A stretch of 64,000 nt of DNA from a virus (IMGVR_UViG_3300043444_000502:1-64000), one strand, 5' to 3'; counted from the first letter of the stretch, positions 7,592 to 16,770 are shown. Numbers and translations: made by a program. The notes: generated from the letters alone by a model not told the origin.

Positions 7592-8213
7592 TGCGTTTGA
7601 AGTTCCGATTTTGTATCATAAACAAAAATTACAATCACATGATACAATAAAACAATGGATTTTAAACATGTATTCGAAATCTCCTGTAATGGATGGAAAC
7701 TTTTATGGGACAGGATTTACAACTCATTTCTATAATGACTTTACTAGCGAATTACATGTATTAGATGAATTTTTTCCATTGCGCAATCACATTTTGCAAA
7801 AAGCATCAGAATATGCGATGGAACGAATTGTTAAACTAAAATCGATGGGATGCGAAGTACAATCAGATCCTCGTTTAAAGATTAAAAAAATGTGGTTTAA
7901 TGTTAATCCGAAACATGGTTATCAAGGTCGACATCATCATGGTGGATTTGTATTAGCTGGAACATATTATGTAAATGTACCACAATATTCCGGAGCAATT
8001 GAATTCACAGATCCAAATCCATTTTCATATTATAAAAACCAAAGTATGGGTCATCGTTGGTTATTGAATAATTATTATAGTGTAACACCAGAAGAAGGTG
8101 ATTTATTAATTTGGCCAGGTTATTTAGATCATGAAGTCAAAACTAATAAATCGAATGACTTAAGAATGACTGTATCATTTTGTTTAGATTGGGAGGAAGA
8201 ATGCCCGCAGTAA
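7569..8213 (+). CDS. 2OG-Fe(II) oxygenase superfamily protein (TIGR02466-like), sub-family B
   Basis: HHHGGF ... WPGYLDHEV; paralog of the 2067 and 8201 ORFs. Confidence 0.6.
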   Translation: MQNMQLTNAFEVPILYHKQKLQSHDTIKQWILNMYSKSPVMDGNFYGTGFTTHFYNDFTSELHVLDEFFPLRNHILQKASEYAMERIVKLKSMGCEVQSDPRLKIKKMWFNVNPKHGYQGRHHHGGFVLAGTYYVNVPQYSGAIEFTDPNPFSYYKNQSMGHRWLLNNYYSVTPEEGDLLIWPGYLDHEVKTNKSNDLRMTVSFCLDWEEECPQ

Positions 8214-8836
8214 TTTATCCTTTTGGACCAGGTTTATATAAAGCTCGTTTATCTGATGACGTATTACATATGCTACAAGAAGTAGTAGAACGTGTACGTA
8301 AAGATGATTCTTTGAATAGAAGTTATAAAGCTGGTCAATTTGTATATGGTAAAAATCCAATGATGGATTTTACACCTGAAGAATTTAAATTATTTGATTT
8401 AGAAATCAAACGACATATGCTATCATACTTTTTAGAAATGCGGAATACTATTCGCATGGATAAAGATATGTCTAAAAAATGTTTAGATGCTGTTAATACA
8501 ATGCGACCGCACAATGATCATGAAAATGAAGCTAGCATTTGGGCGAATATCCAACATGCAGGTGATATGCATCCAATTCATAATCATCCAGGTGATATTT
8601 CATTTGTAACATATATTAAAGTTCCAGAATTAACTGAAGAAGATAAATTCAGAAGCGGAGGTATGGTTGCATGGACATATGGAGAATATATGGAATTTTC
8701 TAATGATATGTTTGCGCATCAACCTGAGGTTGGAGAAATTTTTATTTTTCCACCAAAATGTAGACACTTTGTTTGGCCATTTAGTAATAAAGATGGAGAA
8801 CGCATTTCTGTAGCAGGTAATTATGAATTTGCCTAA
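8201..8836 (+). CDS. 2OG-Fe(II) oxygenase superfamily protein (TIGR02466-like), sub-family B (track start 8180)
   Basis: HNHPGD ... FPPKCRHFVWP ... GERISVAGNYEF. Confidence 0.6.
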   Translation: MPAVIYPFGPGLYKARLSDDVLHMLQEVVERVRKDDSLNRSYKAGQFVYGKNPMMDFTPEEFKLFDLEIKRHMLSYFLEMRNTIRMDKDMSKKCLDAVNTMRPHNDHENEASIWANIQHAGDMHPIHNHPGDISFVTYIKVPELTEEDKFRSGGMVAWTYGEYMEFSNDMFAHQPEVGEIFIFPPKCRHFVWPFSNKDGERISVAGNYEFA

Positions 8837-9440
8837 TGACGTAATAGTATTAGATGATTTCTTACCTAAAGCTTTTGTTGAACGATATGCTCAACGAGTT
8901 TTAGATAAAGATTTCAATTGGTTTTATTTAGAAAATATTACTAGAAGCAATATTCCTAGAACATATAAATCAATTGATAATATTGAATGGCATGATACAG
9001 ATGGTTTATCACATTCTGTATTTCACGATAAAGAATGGTATGATCCATATTGGTCATTACAACATTCTTTGTTTATATGCGAAATGTTTGCAGAAAAAAC
9101 GGGTTGGAATTTTGATAGACTATATCGAATGAAAATTAATCAATTGATGATTACACCAAAATATGAAATTAATTTTCCTCATGTGGACGCAGAACATCCT
9201 CATGATGTTTTATTATATTACATTAATGATAGCGATGGAGAAACTATTCTTTATGATAAAATGTGGGAACCATCACACAATAATACAGAAGTAGAATTGA
9301 AAGAAATTTTACGAATTCCCCCAAAAGCAGGAAGATGCATTAAATTTAATGGTTTGCGTTATCATAGTAGTTCAACACCTGTTAAAACAAAAAGACGTTT
9401 AGCACTTAATATGAATTTAGGATACACACATGGAATATAA
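8823..9440 (+). CDS. 2OG-Fe(II) oxygenase family protein, sub-family A paralog 3
   Basis: PHVDAEHPHDVLLYYINDSDG ... NGLRYHSS. Confidence 0.65.
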   Translation: MNLPNDVIVLDDFLPKAFVERYAQRVLDKDFNWFYLENITRSNIPRTYKSIDNIEWHDTDGLSHSVFHDKEWYDPYWSLQHSLFICEMFAEKTGWNFDRLYRMKINQLMITPKYEINFPHVDAEHPHDVLLYYINDSDGETILYDKMWEPSHNNTEVELKEILRIPPKAGRCIKFNGLRYHSSSTPVKTKRRLALNMNLGYTHGI

Positions 9441-10080
9441 CGATATTATTGTAAGAGATGGATTAGTTCCGAAATATTTGCAACGAAGATTTTATGATGC
9501 TGTAACAGATCGCAATCTCCATTGGATGGATTTTGATCATGAAGTATCTTCAGGCGATTATTGGAAAGGTCGTAATTATTTGTGTGATGGTTTAAATATT
9601 AAACCATCACCGTGTTTAGTTAAATTAGCATTTACTGGTGGAGCACGAGGACCAAATGATCCAGAAATGATTCATGAACCAGAATGTTTTTACTATATGG
9701 GATTGTTCATTCTTGATCTTTTAGCTGAGAACGAAGGTTGGAATGTGAAACGCATTCTTCGCATGAAGATCAACAAACAAGTTCCTATGCATGGTTTTAC
9801 AGAAAACGATTGTAATGGAATTCATACAGATACAGAAATTCCACATAAAACACTAGTGTATTATATCAATGATAGCGATGGTGATACAATTATTATGAAT
9901 GAAAAATTTCAACCATCGCATAATGTACCAGGATGCGATATTAATACTACTATTGCAACACGTGTAACACCTATGCAAGGTAGAATTGCATGTTTTGACG
10001 GATTACGTTATCATGCTCCTAGTAATCCAATTAATTCTAAATCTCGATACCTTTTAAACATTAACTTTGTGACTGAATAA
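9430..10080 (+). CDS. 2OG-Fe(II) oxygenase family protein, sub-family A paralog 4
   Basis: IHTDTEIPH ... YYINDSDGDT ... DGLRYHAPS. Confidence 0.65.
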   Translation: MEYNDIIVRDGLVPKYLQRRFYDAVTDRNLHWMDFDHEVSSGDYWKGRNYLCDGLNIKPSPCLVKLAFTGGARGPNDPEMIHEPECFYYMGLFILDLLAENEGWNVKRILRMKINKQVPMHGFTENDCNGIHTDTEIPHKTLVYYINDSDGDTIIMNEKFQPSHNVPGCDINTTIATRVTPMQGRIACFDGLRYHAPSNPINSKSRYLLNINFVTE

Positions 10081-10625
10081 TGAAAAATTATATTTCCGTA
10101 TATGAAAACGTTTTAGACGAAACATTTTGCAAACTACTAATTGATAAGTTTGAACGAAATAAACAAATTCAAGTGCGTAGAGATGATGTTTATAAAACAT
10201 TTTTTGAAATTAATTTTGCACAATATCCAATTTTTGCAGAAGAACAAAATCATATTCTTTCACAAGTACAACCATTTGTTAGAAAATACTGTGAAGATTG
10301 GGGGATTAAATTCTTCCCAGATAAAATTGGATTTGAACAAGTTCGTATGAAAAAATACGAAATTGGAGGCAAAGATGAATTTAGAGAACACGTCGATGTA
10401 GGAGATTATGCGTCTGCACGTAGATTTCTTGTAATGTTCTTTTATCTCAATAATGTTGCAGAAGGTGGAGAAACTGCTTTTATTGGTATTGATGACAATA
10501 AAAGAATTCAACCTAAAACTGGCAGCATATTAATTTTCCCTCCAATGTGGACACATCCTCATGCTGGTTTGCCGCCAATTTCTAATCCAAAATATATTGC
10601 AGGAACATATTTGCATTATACTTAA
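10080..10625 (+). CDS. prolyl 4-hydroxylase-like 2OG-Fe(II) oxygenase, sub-family C
   Basis: EHVDVGD ... AEGGETAF ... WTHPHAG; paralog of the 15431 ORF. Confidence 0.65.
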   Translation: MKNYISVYENVLDETFCKLLIDKFERNKQIQVRRDDVYKTFFEINFAQYPIFAEEQNHILSQVQPFVRKYCEDWGIKFFPDKIGFEQVRMKKYEIGGKDEFREHVDVGDYASARRFLVMFFYLNNVAEGGETAFIGIDDNKRIQPKTGSILIFPPMWTHPHAGLPPISNPKYIAGTYLHYT

Positions 10626-10670
10626 GTTCTATATGTACAGCATGTAAAAAATATGGTATAATATAACCTA
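10625..10670 (+). repeat. 47-nt promoter-containing element, copy 2
   Basis: near-identical to 3575-3620. Confidence 0.7.
10634..10662 (+). promoter_or_regulatory. early promoter TGTACA-N17-TGGTATAAT
   Basis: duplicate of the 3575-3620 element. Confidence 0.6.
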
Positions 10671-10691
10671 TATTATGTAAGAGGTGTTTTT

Positions 10692-11618
10692 ATGAAAGTT
10701 GCAATTGCTAGTGATGTCCACCTTGAATTCGGTCCATTGAACTTGGAGAATTCTGAGAGTGCTGACGTACTTGTTTTAAGTGGCGATATTTGTACTGCTA
10801 AAGATCTTGATTATAGTGGTGCAATGTATGGTGATTTGCCTAATAGCGAACGTGCTGGTCGTATGCATGACTTCTTTAAGCAAGCATCAAAAGAATTTAA
10901 ACATGTCGTGTATGTAATGGGTAACCATGAACACTATAACTATGATTTTAAATACACTGCATCTAAAATCAAAAGTGAATTAGCTCATTATGAAAACATT
11001 TATGTTTTAGATCGTGAAGTAAAAGTTATTGATGATGTGACTTTTGTTGGCGGTACAATGTGGACTGATATGAATAAGCGTGATCCACTTACACTACATC
11101 ATATGACTAGAATGATGAATGACTTCCGTTGTGTTACTAATAGCAATCGTCAAGTTTATCGCACTGTCCCATTGTATGAGTACAATGAAGATGGTAGTCT
11201 TAAGAAAGACGAAAAAGGTAATATGATTGAAGTTGGTACAAAGAAAAAAGCTTATGACGCAATGTTTTCACCTGAAGATGCTGCTGATGAGTTTGATAAG
11301 TTTGTGCAATATCTTCAAGTTGTAACTGCATTTCTTGGTGAAAATCCAAAGAAATATGTAGTATGTACTCATCATAGCCCAAGTCATAAGTCATGTCATC
11401 CACGTTATAAACATGATGCAATTATGAATGGTGGTTACCATAGCGATCTAGAAGAGTTTATCATGGATCGTCCTAACATCAAACTGTGGACTCATGGTCA
11501 TACACATGAAGACTTTGATTATATGGTTGGTGAAACACGAGTAGTATGTAATCCACGTGGTTATATTAACTATGAAGCGCGTGCTGATAATTGGAAATTG
11601 AAAGTAGTGGAGATCTAA
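10692..11618 (+). CDS. calcineurin-like metallophosphoesterase
   Basis: DVHLEF .. LSGDI .. GNHEHY .. GHTHED motifs; early promoter at 10634-10662. Confidence 0.7.
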   Translation: MKVAIASDVHLEFGPLNLENSESADVLVLSGDICTAKDLDYSGAMYGDLPNSERAGRMHDFFKQASKEFKHVVYVMGNHEHYNYDFKYTASKIKSELAHYENIYVLDREVKVIDDVTFVGGTMWTDMNKRDPLTLHHMTRMMNDFRCVTNSNRQVYRTVPLYEYNEDGSLKKDEKGNMIEVGTKKKAYDAMFSPEDAADEFDKFVQYLQVVTAFLGENPKKYVVCTHHSPSHKSCHPRYKHDAIMNGGYHSDLEEFIMDRPNIKLWTHGHTHEDFDYMVGETRVVCNPRGYINYEARADNWKLKVVEI

Positions 11619-11818
11619 TGTTTAAAGATAAACCATTGCGCGAATGCAGCAATTTTTATGGTGAAAATCGTAGACGTGCTACAGTGTATCAAGACTTAGT
11701 TACACGTGAATATATTGTTGAACGTACTCATGAAGGATTTTCAAATGGATTCACAAATCGTTATGATAATTTAGTTGACGCAGAAAATTCTGCAGAAGAT
11801 TGGGTGATGGCACAATGA
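11591..11818 (+). CDS. hypothetical protein
   Basis: ORF track. Confidence 0.35.
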   Translation: MEIESSGDLMFKDKPLRECSNFYGENRRRATVYQDLVTREYIVERTHEGFSNGFTNRYDNLVDAENSAEDWVMAQ

Positions 11819-12345
11819 GAGAAGAACTAGACGCAAAACTAGTAGAGAAGTATCCACTACTATTTAAAGATCGTAATGCACCAATGACTCAAACATGTAT
11901 GTGTTGGGGATTTTGTTGTGGTGATGGTTGGTATCATTTGATTGACACTCTTTGCGCATTACTTTATTCTGATTATAATCAAGCAAAAGATCGATATGAA
12001 AGTGCTAAAGAATACTTTGACAAAGATGGTAAATGGCCGTGGGGTAAAGAAATTACTGCTGAAGAAGTAGAAGAAAAACGATTGGCAATGGAAGAGGAAG
12101 CACTTAAAGTTCCAGTCGTTTCTCAAGTCAAAGAAAAGTTTGGTGGTCTACGATTCTATGTTCAAGCAGCAACTGAAAAACACTACAATTATATCACCTT
12201 TGCTGAAAGTATGAGTTATCGTACATGTGAAGTGTGCGGTGCACCAGGTAAACGTTATGTCGATGGATGGCACCAAACTTTATGTGAAACACATGCTAAA
12301 CAGGAATCACGCAATGAAACATATGATGAAGAGTTGGATTCTTGA
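11815..12345 (+). CDS. hypothetical Cys-rich protein (track start 11800)
   Basis: ATGA overlap with the upstream stop. Confidence 0.45.
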   Translation: MREELDAKLVEKYPLLFKDRNAPMTQTCMCWGFCCGDGWYHLIDTLCALLYSDYNQAKDRYESAKEYFDKDGKWPWGKEITAEEVEEKRLAMEEEALKVPVVSQVKEKFGGLRFYVQAATEKHYNYITFAESMSYRTCEVCGAPGKRYVDGWHQTLCETHAKQESRNETYDEELDS

Positions 12346-12760
12346 AGTAGAAGAACTTCCTGATGGAGAAAAGTTTATCTCATTAAATGATGAGATTCTT
12401 GCTGAAACTGGATGGAAAGAAGGCACAGTAATTGAGTGGATTGATAACCATGATGGAAGTTGGACTATGCGAGAGAAAGAAGAAACTGAACTTATAATGG
12501 TTGAAGCTGTATCATCATTCCGTATGCGTTATGTTGTAGAAGTACCTAAAGGAAAATCTGAATGGGCGCTTGATACAGTAACATGTCAAGAAGCAAAAGA
12601 GTTTTCACAAGAACATATTGGTGAGCAAATCGTATCTCATCGAATTGTAAGTAAAGAAGAAGCAATTGCGATTAGCGATGTAGATAATCATTATTGCAAA
12701 GATTGGTCTGAACAACAAAAGATTGATGCATTTATTACACTAAGGAAAGATTATGAGTGA
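12317..12760 (+). CDS. hypothetical protein (track start 12227 gives a 119-nt overlap; AGGA-N8-ATG at 12317 preferred)
   Basis: ORF track plus RBS. Confidence 0.4.
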   Translation, partial: KHMMKSWILEVEELPDGEKFISLNDEILAETGWKEGTVIEWIDNHDGSWTMREKEETELIMVEAVSSFRMRYVVEVPKGKSEWALDTVTCQEAKEFSQEHIGEQIVSHRIVSKEEAIAISDVDNHYCKDWSEQQKIDAFITLRKDYE

Positions 12761-12977
12761 TGGTATTAAACGGATGTATGAAGATGCGTATGAAGCAGCT
12801 CATAAAGTAGCAGTTGAACGAATCAAGAATAAAGATCCAGAAGAATTGTATTTACTTTTAAAAGATCTTCAGAGCGATATTCAACATCTTGGTTATGATG
12901 ATAGTCTTCAACTTACTCGCAATCAATGGTCAACGTTTAGTAGAATTCAGGCAACAATTAAAGATTTAATGAAATGA
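12753..12977 (+). CDS. hypothetical protein
   Basis: ORF track. Confidence 0.4.
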   Translation: MSDGIKRMYEDAYEAAHKVAVERIKNKDPEELYLLLKDLQSDIQHLGYDDSLQLTRNQWSTFSRIQATIKDLMK

Positions 12978-13738
12978 AAGTTTATCTTGGAAAACCAAAT
13001 AATTGGTTTGGACCTTATCAACTTGCAGAATTACTTTGCTTTTGGGTAAAAGAAGTCGAAGATGAATGGGGAATTAAAGATAAACCAGATTGGGTACATA
13101 AATTTGGTGAATTCCTTGCTCATGGTTTTCATAAAGAAACCGAAGAACAAAAAAGAAGTTGGTCAAGAGAACGTCCAAAAACATATCTTTATAAGTTTTT
13201 AGAATGGGTACACTCTAAGAAGATTGAAAAGAAATACATTAAGATTGATTATTGGGATACATGGTCAATGGACCATACACTATCACCAATCATTCTTGCA
13301 ATGCTTAAGCAATTAAAAGAAACAAAGCATGGTTCAGGTTTCATTGATTTAGAAGATGTACCAGAATCTATGCGTTTGACAAGCACTGAAGAATATGATG
13401 CACAATCAACATTTGAATTCTATAATGATCCAGATTTGACACGACAAAACATTCAGTGTAGTGTACATGAAAGATATGAATGGGCTCTCGATGAAATGAT
13501 CTTTGCATTCGAACATCTCGTTGATGATTCATGGGAAGACAAATATCGTAGTGGCGAAATGGATCATTATTCAGAACCATGTGAATGGGATGAAAATGGC
13601 AAAGTCAAAATGTATCAGATGAAAGAAGGACCTAATCATACTTACAAATGTGATTATGATGGACTTCGAGCAGAATGGGAACGAGTGGACAATGGCCTTC
13701 GTTTATTTGGTAAGTACTTTAGAACTTTATGGGATTAA
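12974..13738 (+). CDS. hypothetical protein
   Basis: ORF track. Confidence 0.5.
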   Translation: MKVYLGKPNNWFGPYQLAELLCFWVKEVEDEWGIKDKPDWVHKFGEFLAHGFHKETEEQKRSWSRERPKTYLYKFLEWVHSKKIEKKYIKIDYWDTWSMDHTLSPIILAMLKQLKETKHGSGFIDLEDVPESMRLTSTEEYDAQSTFEFYNDPDLTRQNIQCSVHERYEWALDEMIFAFEHLVDDSWEDKYRSGEMDHYSEPCEWDENGKVKMYQMKEGPNHTYKCDYDGLRAEWERVDNGLRLFGKYFRTLWD

Positions 13739-13923
13739 TTATGCAGTATATTATTATGATCATTATTGTGTTAGCAGTTATTATTGGTAGTCCAATTGCA
13801 TCTATTTTATCTGTTAACACACTATTTAATTTAGCAATTCCAGTAACTATTGAAACTTGGTTTGCATCATTTTGGTTAACTAGCATTTTGGGTAGTGCTG
13901 TAATTAAAACACGAGCAAAATAA
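13729..13923 (+). CDS. small membrane protein (2 TM)
   Basis: hydrophobic segments. Confidence 0.4.
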   Translation: MGLIMQYIIMIIIVLAVIIGSPIASILSVNTLFNLAIPVTIETWFASFWLTSILGSAVIKTRAK

Positions 13924-14252
13924 TGGAATTTTTTATAATTGGATTTTTAATTGGGTTTTTCCTAGCATTTGCTATTATTCATTTTATTGCAAATTATGTT
14001 AGAAAAAAACGTGCAGACATTTTAGAAAAAGTTACAAATGATGCAATAAAAACCTTGAAAAAAACTATTATTCCTTCAAAAATTGAAGAACAAAATGGTA
14101 TGTTATTTTTATATAATTCAGAGGATAACACTTATTTAGCACAAGGTACATCATTAGAAGAGTTAGAATTGAACGTTAAAACTCGATTTCCAGATAAATT
14201 ATTTAACGTTCCTCAATCTGAAATAGACAAATATAAAAAGGAAACTATATGA
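13923..14252 (+). CDS. membrane protein (N-terminal TM)
   Basis: FFIIGFLIGFFLAFAIIHFIA. Confidence 0.45.
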   Translation: MEFFIIGFLIGFFLAFAIIHFIANYVRKKRADILEKVTNDAIKTLKKTIIPSKIEEQNGMLFLYNSEDNTYLAQGTSLEELELNVKTRFPDKLFNVPQSEIDKYKKETI

Positions 14253-14518
14253 ATACTCGATTATTTTATTCTGTCTTAATTAGCGTTACAATTATTATTT
14301 CTTCTTTGATTGTGTGGGGTATTTTAACTACACAATGGAAAACTGAAACTATTAAAATGTCTTTAGAAAAAGGACAAAATCCATTATACGCTATGTGTGC
14401 AATGGATAGTCAATCAGAATTGTGCAAATCTATGGTAACTGCAATGTCATTAAGTGGTCAATTTAAAGACACTTCTGCCCCGCAACCACAATCAGCTGCA
14501 TCAACCCCTAAAAAATAA
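14249..14518 (+). CDS. membrane protein (N-terminal TM)
   Basis: LFYSVLISVTIIISSLIVWGIL. Confidence 0.45.
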   Translation: MNTRLFYSVLISVTIIISSLIVWGILTTQWKTETIKMSLEKGQNPLYAMCAMDSQSELCKSMVTAMSLSGQFKDTSAPQPQSAASTPKK

Positions 14519-14545
14519 TATAAATACATTTTTTAAGGAAATAAA

Positions 14546-14809
14546 ATGCCAGGAATCGCAAGAGTTGGAGTTGATACCGCTGGTGGAACTATCACTGGTA
14601 ATTTAGCTCCTAATGTTAATATAAATGGAAGTCCAATAGTAGTAAAGGGTGCAACCGTTCAAGGTCATGGTCTTGGACCTCATGCATCTCCAACTATGGA
14701 TGGTTGTAGTTCTACAGTATTTGCAAATGGAATTCCAGTTTGTAGAGAAGGTGATGCAGCTACTTGCGGTCATCCAGCAACTGGATCAGGAAGCGTTAAT
14801 GCCGGATAA
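14546..14809 (+). CDS. PAAR-repeat spike-tip protein (T4 gp5.4-like)
   Basis: MPGIARVGVD..NINGSPIVVKG ... VFANGIPVCREGD..TCGHPATGSG. Confidence 0.75.
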   Translation: MPGIARVGVDTAGGTITGNLAPNVNINGSPIVVKGATVQGHGLGPHASPTMDGCSSTVFANGIPVCREGDAATCGHPATGSGSVNAG

Positions 14810-15428
14810 TATATTTGAATGCGATTTTTCTGAAGAGAAACTTATATCATTATTGCCAAATGCAAAAAATCATAAAAAATGGTTTAATGAATTAAAAACG
14901 CTTTTACCGCAATTTGAAATAAATACTACTAAACGTTTAGCGGCATTTATTTCTCAAACCTCATATGAATCTATAGGTTATACAGTATTTAAAGAAAATT
15001 TAAATTATAACGCAAATACTTTATTAACCATTTGGAATAATAAATTTACTCCAGAATCTGCACAAGCATATAGTAGAAAACAAGAAGCAATTGCTAATAG
15101 AGTATATGCAAATAGAATGGGGAATGGCAATGAAGAAAGCGGAGATGGTTGGAAATACCGCGGCCGTGGATTAATTCAAATTACTGGAAAAGACGCATAT
15201 AATAAATTTGCATCTTATATTGGAATGGATTTGGATGATACAATAGATTATTTAGAAACAACACATGGCGTAATACATGTTTCATGTTGGTTGTGGAAAA
15301 ATATGAATTTAAATGATTTTGTAGATGCAAATGATATGGTTAGCTTAATTCAAAGATTGACTCATGGTTTAATTGATGTCGATAAGCGAATTGAAGAATA
15401 TAATAAAATGATTAATATAATAGGATAA
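14799..15428 (+). CDS. GH19-like peptidoglycan hydrolase (lysozyme/chitinase class I fold); track start 14649 is an out-of-frame N-extension
   Basis: AFISQTSYES ... YRGRGLIQITGK; ATG overlaps the PAAR stop (ATGCCGGATAA); paralog of the 18109 ORF. Confidence 0.7.
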   Translation: MPDNIFECDFSEEKLISLLPNAKNHKKWFNELKTLLPQFEINTTKRLAAFISQTSYESIGYTVFKENLNYNANTLLTIWNNKFTPESAQAYSRKQEAIANRVYANRMGNGNEESGDGWKYRGRGLIQITGKDAYNKFASYIGMDLDDTIDYLETTHGVIHVSCWLWKNMNLNDFVDANDMVSLIQRLTHGLIDVDKRIEEYNKMINIIG

Positions 15429-15430
15429 GT

Positions 15431-16033
15431 ATGCAAAGCGATATTCGCGATTTTATTGGTGTATTTGATGACGCTCTTCCAGAAACTGTATGTGAAGAAT
15501 TAATAAAACATTATCATTATGTTGATCAATGGGCTTTAACTGATAAACGCACATTTGATCGCCAAGAAGCTGAACACATTGGAAAAACGTATAAAGATGA
15601 TAAAACATACTTTATGCATGAAGAACATTTAGATGAAATAAAGTTAATCAATTCTTGGCTAGCTGGTGTAATGAATAAAGCAATTAGATCTTGCATTGAA
15701 GAATACAATAAAAAATATGATGTATTATTAAATAGAGGTTATGGTTTATGGGGACATCGTCTTCAAAAAACTGGAATCGGTGCAGGTTATCACGTATGGC
15801 ATTACGAAAATAGCGGTAAAGAAGATAGTGATAGAATTTTAGCTATATTAGTATATCTTAATGACGTTGAAGAAGGCGGAGAAACAGAATTCCTTTATTA
15901 TCCTCGCCGCGTTAAACCTAAAAAAGGTAGAATCGTTATTTTCCCAGTAGGATATACTCATACACATCGTGGCAATCCTCCAATTTCTAATGAAAAATAT
16001 TTAGTTGCCACATGGACAAACAACGTAAACTGA
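15431..16033 (+). CDS. prolyl 4-hydroxylase-like 2OG-Fe(II) oxygenase
   Basis: GYHVWHYEN ... VEEGGETEF ... YTHTHRG. Confidence 0.65.
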   Translation: MQSDIRDFIGVFDDALPETVCEELIKHYHYVDQWALTDKRTFDRQEAEHIGKTYKDDKTYFMHEEHLDEIKLINSWLAGVMNKAIRSCIEEYNKKYDVLLNRGYGLWGHRLQKTGIGAGYHVWHYENSGKEDSDRILAILVYLNDVEEGGETEFLYYPRRVKPKKGRIVIFPVGYTHTHRGNPPISNEKYLVATWTNNVN

Positions 16034-16156
16034 TTGATGGTTCATTAGTAAACGAATTAGACGAAGCAAAAACTTTAACTGTTTACACTAAATGTCCAGA
16101 GAAATGGATGTTAGTCGATATGGAAACTGGAGAAGTTTACATCGGTTATTCTTCTG

Positions 16157-16390
16157 ATGGTAAAAACGATTGGAAGAAAGATGTGTAATTGTTTATTCTG
16201 GGCTTTATGGATGAAATTCAGGTGGGGTGGACAAATCAAATGGCATAAAAGTCGTACATGGTTTGGGTTTCATAACACATGGATAAATCCTAAAGGTGTA
16301 GAATGGGAATACACATTAGAGAAAGTTAAACGACATTCAATATGGTATATTCCAATATGCTATAAAGGTGTTGTAAAGAAATTGTTGTAA
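16157..16390 (+). CDS. hypothetical Trp/Lys-rich small protein (doubtful)
   Basis: ORF track only; abuts the tmRNA. Confidence 0.25.
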   Translation: MVKTIGRKMCNCLFWALWMKFRWGGQIKWHKSRTWFGFHNTWINPKGVEWEYTLEKVKRHSIWYIPICYKGVVKKLL

Positions 16391-16391
16391 T

Positions 16392-16445
16392 CCCTTCAAA
16401 GCGAAGGACTTCTGGACGCGGGTTCGACTCCCGCCTCCTCCACCA
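16392..16445 (+). ncRNA. ssrA: tmRNA (ssrA) acceptor piece of a circularly permuted two-piece tmRNA: T-arm + 3' acceptor strand + CCA
   Basis: GGACGCGGGTTCGACTCCCGCCTCCTCCACCA matches the conserved tmRNA 3' end; CTCCTCC pairs with GGGGGAG at 16534-16540 including G3.U70. Confidence 0.8.
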
Positions 16446-16533
16446 AAAGTATACTTAAATCTGTAAAAAGATCGGGATTGGTAAGCCGGAACCTCTACTT
16501 AGTAAGTTCATTTCACCTTAGTATACTTCTGAT

Positions 16534-16723
16534 GGGGGAGCCATGGTTTCGACAGGGGTAGATAGTAGAGACGGCAACACGGTAGGCGATGACCGTAAAT
16601 CAAGCAAATAACGTAAATGCAAACGATAGCGCATACGCTTTAGCAGCCTAAGAAACTAGCTAAGCTGAGGTAACTATACCTTATAATCAAAAATAGTAAA
16701 GGCTCCTTCGGGAGCCTTTTTTT
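16534..16723 (+). ncRNA. ssrA: tmRNA (ssrA) coding piece: 5' acceptor strand GGGGGAGCCATGGTTTCGACAGGGG, tag ORF 16604-16651 encoding ANNVNANDSAYALAA-stop, 3' terminator hairpin
   Basis: conserved tmRNA 5' motif (GGGG..GGnTTCGACnGGG); tag ends YALAA + TAA; located 3' of the acceptor piece, i.e. a permuted gene order. Confidence 0.8.
16701..16723 (+). terminator. rho-independent terminator (3' end of tmRNA)
   Basis: GGCTCC-TTCG-GGAGCC + T7. Confidence 0.7.
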
Positions 16724-16726
16724 ACG

Positions 16727-16734
16727 TATAAATA
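16727..16734 (+). promoter_or_regulatory. T4-type late promoter TATAAATA
   Basis: upstream of the tail-fibre gene. Confidence 0.55.
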
Positions 16735-16770
16735 GATTAGGAATACAACCATTCATGGACGATCTATTAT

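Noticed and set aside
14649-14798. N-terminal 50 codons of track ORF 14649-15428
   Set aside because: Out-of-frame overlap with the PAAR gene. Homology to the paralog at 18109 starts at MPDNIF, so the real start is ATG 14799.
16392-16730. Possibility that the tmRNA-like sequence is only an ssrA attP fragment from a prophage integration site
   Set aside because: Both tRNA-like halves, the resume/tag ORF with YALAA-TAA and a terminator are present and complementary, so a functional permuted gene is the simpler reading.
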